From Candidatus Thorarchaeota archaeon (lineage in GTDB: Archaea > Asgardarchaeota > Thorarchaeia > Thorarchaeales > Thorarchaeaceae): a DNA stretch of 64,000 bases. Under the pieces are notes generated by a model. It searched no databases. It had not been told where the DNA came from and saw nothing but the letters and a program-made list of their open reading frames with translations. The stretch covers positions 42-64,041 of the forward strand of contig JBHLRS010000018.1 of NCBI GenBank assembly GCA_048882325.1. The letters are read 5' to 3'. The position numbers and the translations under genes are program-made. Shown here one piece after another: positions 58,603-64,000 of the stretch (positions are counted from its first letter, which is position 1; every line of letters starts with the position of its first letter).

Positions 58603-59592
58603 ATGAAAGGATATTGGGCAGGACTTGTCATTGCGTTATTGGTCAGTTTCTCATCAAGTACTATCACGATGCAGCAAATCTCCCATGTTCCTGTGTTCAG
58701 TGGGTCTGATGCATACTCGTATCTTGTCGATCAATGTGATTTTGGCCCTCGCCCTCCGGGTTCAGACAACCTCAGTCTATGCAGGTCAATGATTGCTGAC
58801 ACCTTCGAATCCTTTGGATGGGAGGTCACATTCCAGAATTTCACCTACAAGGAGGTTGAGTGTGTCAATATTGTAGTCACATGGAGTTCTGTCAATAACT
58901 CGTCAATTATTCTTGGGGCTCACTATGATACCCGACCTCCTGGCTCCTCAAGTTCAGGGTCTGGTCTGGGCGCTAACGATGGTGCTAGTGGAGTTGCTGT
59001 ACTGTTAGAACTTGCAGACATTCTCCCAATTGAAGCCCGTTCCAGCGTGGAGATTGTACTCTTTGACGCTGAGGACTCTGGTGGGATCTCCGGATGGGAC
59101 TGGATCCGAGGTTCGACATACTATGTTTCTCAGCTAAGTACCGAACGTAAAAACTCCATCCAAGCAATGGTCTTACTTGACATGGTGGGTGACATCAATC
59201 TCGAACTACCCCGTGAACGCAGTTCGACCAGATCCCTTCAGAACTCAATCTGGGACATTGCTGACCAATTGGGACACAACGATACATTCGGTGATACATA
59301 TCGCGGACCAATAATCGATGACCACCAGCCTTTTCTCGATGCTGGTATCCCCGCGGTTGACCTCATTCAAGTTCCATTTCCATCATACTGGCACACGTTG
59401 GAAGACACTCCTGACAAATGCAGCGCTGAAAGTCTTGAGATAGTGGGTGAAGTCATGGAGGTCTTTGTCGTGGAAAGTGCAAACGGAGACACAGCCTATC
59501 CACCTAATCCTCCCACTCTACTTATCATAGGAGTCATCGCAACTCTAATTATGGCTATACCGATAATCTATGCCCAAATGAAGAGGAAATAG
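58603..59592 (+). CDS. Membrane-anchored M28 peptidase/glutaminyl cyclase-like protein
   Basis: Signal peptide, GAHYDTR, GANDGASG, FDAED, LDMVG, DDH.PF, WHT; C-terminal TM. Confidence 0.9.
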   Translation: MKGYWAGLVIALLVSFSSSTITMQQISHVPVFSGSDAYSYLVDQCDFGPRPPGSDNLSLCRSMIADTFESFGWEVTFQNFTYKEVECVNIVVTWSSVNNSSIILGAHYDTRPPGSSSSGSGLGANDGASGVAVLLELADILPIEARSSVEIVLFDAEDSGGISGWDWIRGSTYYVSQLSTERKNSIQAMVLLDMVGDINLELPRERSSTRSLQNSIWDIADQLGHNDTFGDTYRGPIIDDHQPFLDAGIPAVDLIQVPFPSYWHTLEDTPDKCSAESLEIVGEVMEVFVVESANGDTAYPPNPPTLLIIGVIATLIMAIPIIYAQMKRK

Positions 59593-59660
59593 AATCTTAC
59601 ACACCTTTAAACCACCCCTTCATTATACTCTGATTGTAATCAGTCCCACGGTGAATCAGA

Positions 59661-60548
59661 TTGGAGAAGGTTGAACTCTACAAACCCACAGAAGTATCCC
59701 CCTCTCCACTCACGAGCATATCAATCACACCCAAAGGTCGATTACTTGCTTGCGGTACAATGGATTGTAACATTCTGTTTGTGGATTCGGCATCTGGGAA
59801 AACAAAACATGGGATTACAGGTCATTCTGGTGCAGTGACCGATGTTGCATTTGGGGCAAGTGCAAACTCTGTTCTATCCTGTAGTTGGGATAGAACCACT
59901 CGTCTGTGGAACCGGAAGAACATTGACGAGTCTCTTGTTCTCAAACACCCCTCAGAGGTGAAGTCCCTAACAGTGTCGTTAGGACTAGGAAGAGGTGCTT
60001 CTGGTTCACGCGACGGTATGGTGAAGATTTTTTCATTACGAAGCCTCAAGACCCTCCGTAATCTTCAGGCTCATCGGTCTGACATCTCGGGGATTAAGAT
60101 TATTGAGGAGGAACAGAAGATTGTTACAGCTTCATATGATGGGACTTGTAGACTTTGGGATCTATCTACATATGATGCAGAAAAGACCCTAGTAAAACAG
60201 CGCAGTCGAATTCGGTCTCTTGCCCTGGACACCGGTGGCAAACATGTCTTCATTGGTTATCAAAGTGGTAAGCTTGTCAGAATCAATATAGATAACACCA
60301 GAGAAAAGACTGACATCACAGGTCATACGGACCTTGTCAGTGCTCTGTCAGTGGATCCAACTGGAAAGTATCTTGCATCTGCTAGTTGGGACCGAACAAT
60401 CAGGATTTGGTCTTTGGATGATTACAGGGAAATCGCAAAGGGTCAACTGGTGACTGGAATAGCAGCAATCGCATGGTCTCCTGATGGGTCCATCATCTTT
60501 TCAGCAGACCTGTCAGGAGCTATAACATCGTGGGTGTTATCGCGTTAA
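59661..60548 (+). CDS. WD40-repeat beta-propeller protein
   Basis: GH...V...S.S.D.T.RLW repeats (about 7). Confidence 0.92.
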   Translation: MEKVELYKPTEVSPSPLTSISITPKGRLLACGTMDCNILFVDSASGKTKHGITGHSGAVTDVAFGASANSVLSCSWDRTTRLWNRKNIDESLVLKHPSEVKSLTVSLGLGRGASGSRDGMVKIFSLRSLKTLRNLQAHRSDISGIKIIEEEQKIVTASYDGTCRLWDLSTYDAEKTLVKQRSRIRSLALDTGGKHVFIGYQSGKLVRINIDNTREKTDITGHTDLVSALSVDPTGKYLASASWDRTIRIWSLDDYREIAKGQLVTGIAAIAWSPDGSIIFSADLSGAITSWVLSR

Positions 60549-61136
60549 TCAGATATCCTTGAATTTGTATTTCATTGCTCTGATATCGATGTCTGCGAAA
60601 CCTTCCTTGTTCCAGGTGATTCTGATTCGCCCATATGACTTGTTTACTTCTCCTTCTTTCGAACTCCTAAGTAAGACTGCTATCTTGTCTGTAAGTCGAT
60701 TCCTACTGCGCTTATCGAAGGGGATGGGAAGTAGGGTTCTATCCGAGAGTGCCAAAATGACTGCCTTCTCATCCAAACGCACTATGGGTTGAGAAAATAT
60801 GAGTCGTATAGGCTTGAAGAATGGAGTCTTATCCCTCATGCTACGAATTGTCTTCGAAAGCTTTCTATGTTTAGTAATCTCCGCACTTGCAGTCCGTACA
60901 ACATCTTCTAGATACCTTTGTCTCTTGTCGTACTTGCTACCAAACTCGTCCTGCAGTGTTTCCAAGGTCTTTGAACGAGACGAGAGTCCTCGTTTTAGAA
61001 TCTGCTTTATTGTCCAATTAGTCGCAGCACCATATTTCTGAAGCTCTTCTTCTAGAATGATCTGTTTGTCTCTGGTCAGAGTCACGCTCAGTAATTTTAG
61101 TATCTCTACATCCTGCATGGACAACACTGTTGTCAA
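60549..61136 (-). CDS. Basic hypothetical protein resembling the TnpB/Cas12f REC-WED N-terminal half, no RuvC
   Basis: LKLLSVTLT..KQIILEEELQKYGAATNW, helical lobe, P.FK..RLIF, beta strands; ends before any RuvC-I G(I/V)D motif. Confidence 0.55.
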   Translation of the reverse strand: MTTVLSMQDVEILKLLSVTLTRDKQIILEEELQKYGAATNWTIKQILKRGLSSRSKTLETLQDEFGSKYDKRQRYLEDVVRTASAEITKHRKLSKTIRSMRDKTPFFKPIRLIFSQPIVRLDEKAVILALSDRTLLPIPFDKRSRNRLTDKIAVLLRSSKEGEVNKSYGRIRITWNKEGFADIDIRAMKYKFKDI

Positions 61137-61164
61137 AAATCCAGACTGGCCTAATCAATCTAAC

Positions 61165-62196
61165 CTAGAGACGCTGTGCCAAGAACTGCGCCTCTGCGAT
61201 TATTCTTGTTATCTCCTTTGGAAGGATGTCATATGCACCATGTTCCACGAGAATCTCTTCATAGAATCCCGGCTCAGTTTCACTTAGTTGATCCATGAAG
61301 ACATCATCAACAATACTGGAGAACTCCTTGAGTGTGATGAGAGCTTGACCTAGTGAAAATGCAGCCTGTCTCATCTCAAGAACAGCAAGTTCATAGTCAC
61401 CATTGTAAGTCAATCCCAGAGACCCATGATACTCCCTCTGAGCTTGTGATAGGAAACCTGTGGCAAGTTGTGCTTGCTCGTCAAGAGAAACCTCACTCAT
61501 CCGTGACTCAGCAATGTCCAACCATTGACGTAGATCATTGAGCACAGTCAACAGCTTTGACTCATTCATCCCCTTTAGTTTGAAGGCTCGCAAGAACAGA
61601 GAATACGTCATTGGATCAAGCATTCTGACTTCTGTCAAGACCTCGGCTGGCTTGAGTATTAGGAAGACATTGTTCACCATGAGGATAACACAGCCCAGAT
61701 TGAAGATACCTTGGCGCAGCTCATGTATTGCGCTTGGGCCTTCATCATCCTCTGCAAATTTCTTTGCCCTGTTTAGATGCTCCATCGCTTCACTCTTGAC
61801 CTGAGAGATGGACTCTTCAGACCATACATAGCCTACCGTCTGTTTCTGCCAGTTTTCGACCATTCCTTTGGTGTCATGCATTACTAATGAGTTTCGTAGC
61901 CGATTGACGACCTGAGATATTATTGTGACATCCTTTGTGGCTCCACTGAATACATCCTCAACATCCTTCACAGTCATGAAGACCATGTCCACAAGCACCT
62001 CCTTATGGGTTGACATCAGTCTCACTGGTGCCTCATCAGCATCCCAGATAATGCAGATGTCCAAGTCCGAGTTTGCAGTGGCTGTCCCTGTCACATACGA
62101 TCCATAGACAAATATGCCCTTGACATTCTCATGATTCTTCCATTCTTTCACAGTGTCTTTCAGTGCATCAGTGAAGCGTTTGCGAATGTCAGGCAT
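61165..62196 (-). CDS. Pol-beta-type nucleotidyltransferase domain plus two HEPN/KNTase_C-like helical bundles
   Basis: YGSY..G.A...SDLD; repeated helical A..(H/F)L..A.....A..E(L/M)RQ segments. Confidence 0.8.
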   Translation of the reverse strand: MPDIRKRFTDALKDTVKEWKNHENVKGIFVYGSYVTGTATANSDLDICIIWDADEAPVRLMSTHKEVLVDMVFMTVKDVEDVFSGATKDVTIISQVVNRLRNSLVMHDTKGMVENWQKQTVGYVWSEESISQVKSEAMEHLNRAKKFAEDDEGPSAIHELRQGIFNLGCVILMVNNVFLILKPAEVLTEVRMLDPMTYSLFLRAFKLKGMNESKLLTVLNDLRQWLDIAESRMSEVSLDEQAQLATGFLSQAQREYHGSLGLTYNGDYELAVLEMRQAAFSLGQALITLKEFSSIVDDVFMDQLSETEPGFYEEILVEHGAYDILPKEITRIIAEAQFLAQRL

Positions 62197-62322
62197 GTTC
62201 TCTGTATTCCTCCAAAGTTCTCTTCATCAAATGACTAACGATTTTCAAAGTGGCGGATGTCAATAAAGATATCTGATACGAGTCCCGACACTAATTAATA
62301 GTCGATTAGTTATAGCGTTCTC

Positions 62323-63030
62323 ATGCCCCGAGTAGATGGTAGAGCCAATGATGAGGTTCGACAGGTTGAGTTCACTCGTAATTTCCTCAAACACCCAGAA
62401 GGCTCGGTTTTAATTGCAACTGGAGAAACTAAGGTTATTTGCACAGCAACTGTTGAGGAAGGTATTCCAGGTTGGCTCAATGGTAAGGGGCAGGGTTGGG
62501 TCACTGCTGAATATGGGATGCTTCCACGATCCACTGATGACAGGATGAATCGATACAAGGTGAGTGGAAGGGCTCAGGAGATTCAACGTCTCATTGGACG
62601 TTCTCTCAGGGCCGCTGTGGATATGACACGCATAGGAGAATATACTGTCCGGATTGACTGTGATGTCATACAGGCTGATGGTGGCACTCGAACTGCATCC
62701 ATCACAGGTGCATACGTCGCTCTCTGTGATGCAATTCAATACATGATTGACATGGACATTATTTCTGAGAGTCCTATCACTGGTAATGTGGCTGCAGTGA
62801 GTGTAGGCATTATCAATGGTGAACCTCTTCTAGATCTATGCTACATGGAGGATGCACAAGCAGATGTTGATATGAATATAGTCCAGCATGGAATTGACTT
62901 TGTAGAGATTCAAGGAACAGCTGAAGGTGCAACTTTCGATCGCACAGCTATGATCCAGATGCTAGATCTTGCCACGAAAGGAATCTCAGAACTCATAGAT
63001 GCTCAAAATAAAGCATTGTCAGTGAGATAA
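62323..63030 (+). CDS. rph: Ribonuclease PH, bacterial type
   Basis: [47 protein letters not shown]. Confidence 0.95.
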   Translation: MPRVDGRANDEVRQVEFTRNFLKHPEGSVLIATGETKVICTATVEEGIPGWLNGKGQGWVTAEYGMLPRSTDDRMNRYKVSGRAQEIQRLIGRSLRAAVDMTRIGEYTVRIDCDVIQADGGTRTASITGAYVALCDAIQYMIDMDIISESPITGNVAAVSVGIINGEPLLDLCYMEDAQADVDMNIVQHGIDFVEIQGTAEGATFDRTAMIQMLDLATKGISELIDAQNKALSVR

Positions 63031-63051
63031 AGCTCGAAAATATCGCCTCTG

Positions 63052-63070
63052 GCAAAAGCTTTATACGTAT
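63052..63070 (+). promoter_or_regulatory. Putative archaeal BRE/TATA rRNA promoter (second candidate near 63175-63188)
   Basis: gcaaaagcTTTATA and gcaagcTTTAAA upstream of the 23S leader. Confidence 0.5.
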
Positions 63071-63522
63071 ATCCTTCAGAAAAAGACTGCTCTCGTCGAA
63101 GAGAAGGTCTTATGCGACGTGAACGTCGTGAGGCTGTTCTGGTATTGCTGGTGACGGAAATACCCTCGACGCATAGCAAGCTTTAAATCGCAGGCCAATT
63201 AGGCTGGCGGAGCGCTCACTGAAACTGTGATGCGCTAGCGTTAGGTCCGGAGTTCAGAGTTCTCGAACACTGAACAAAGGTTCATCGGGACCAGGTCATG
63301 AGAACGGTACCATTCCCGGTGGAGGACCGTCAACGTCGAAGACTCGGTGAAGTGTGTCATGGAGAGTCAGACGCGTGGACTGCAGAGGATGGAGGTACAC
63401 TGATTCAAAAGAATTGTAGGGAAAAGTTACTACAATAACTCCTTGGCATGATTAGTGATAATCATGTTCACATTGAGTGGACAACAGGTAATACTGTGTC
63501 AACACATGAGTAGATTTGCGAT

Positions 63523-64000
63523 TCGCTAAACGGCCAGTGGTGGATGACTTGGTTGGCTAGCCGATGAAGGGCGTGACAAGCAGCGAAATGCCTGGGGTAG
63601 ACGCATGAAGTCTGTGATCCCAGGGTTCCCGAATAGGACTTCCGAGTATGGGCTAATACCCCATACTGATCGAGGGTCAAATCTCGATTGGGAACGCTCG
63701 GAACTGAAGCATCTTAGTACGAGCAGGAAGAGAAAACAAATGTGATTCCCTGAGTAACAGCGAGCGAAAGGGGAATAGGCCAAACTGAATCCCTGTGTGA
63801 CGAATACAGGGAGATGTGGTGTTAGGGCCTGGACAAGTGCCTCTGCAAATGAAGCCGAAGTTGTCTGGAACGACGTGGCATAGAGGGTGACACCCCCGTA
63901 GGCGTAAAGTGCAGGCATGTCTAAGGATCCAGAGTAGCGCGGGTTGGTCTTCTCGCGTGAAGATCGCAGGTACAATCTGCGAAGCCTAAATACTCAGCCA
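63523..64000 (+). rRNA. rrl: 23S rRNA, 5' part (runs off the window)
   Basis: GGTGGATG..TTGG, CCGATGAAGG.CGTG, GAACTGAAGCATCTTAGTA, GAGCGAAAGGGGAATAG, GGGTGACACCCCCGTA, CTAAATACT signatures. Confidence 0.96.

Noticed and set aside
63031-63520. tRNA-Ala or 16S 3' end in the spacer
   Set aside because: No cloverleaf with a T-loop consensus and no anti-Shine-Dalgarno sequence found
63468-63975. Minus-strand ORFs of 70 and 149 aa
   Set aside because: Antisense to 23S rRNA

Overview
Archaeal chromosomal segment. I infer Asgard archaea, most likely Thorarchaeia, from a Rab-like GTPase, a WD40 protein, a stand-alone TFB cyclin domain, F420-dependent LLM enzymes with AfpA, a geranylgeranyl reductase, Ig-repeat surface proteins and an archaeal-type 23S rRNA. 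It holds about 60 mostly housekeeping or metabolic genes (larE, thiI-like, acyl-CoA synthetase, class II ribonucleotide reductase, tkt, serS, nth, sor, rph, two DNA methyltransferases) and ends in the 5' part of a 23S rRNA gene that has no 16S upstream. No CRISPR array, tRNA or intact mobile element was seen. The most unusual signals lie below the 60-aa ORF cutoff: (i) two paralogous ~25-aa Asp/Glu+Trp micropeptide genes (MHF..W..W..DW*), one followed by a Lys-rich micropeptide; (ii) a TATA-preceded three-micropeptide operon with a repeated K[VL]STxALTH[AS]YxYR motif; (iii) three large tandem-AsnC-like regulators beside structured or small-ORF-rich intergenic regions and a CARF-HTH gene; (iv) a TnpB/Cas12f-like N-terminal protein with no RuvC domain. 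All family assignments come from motif recognition by eye, not from database searches.
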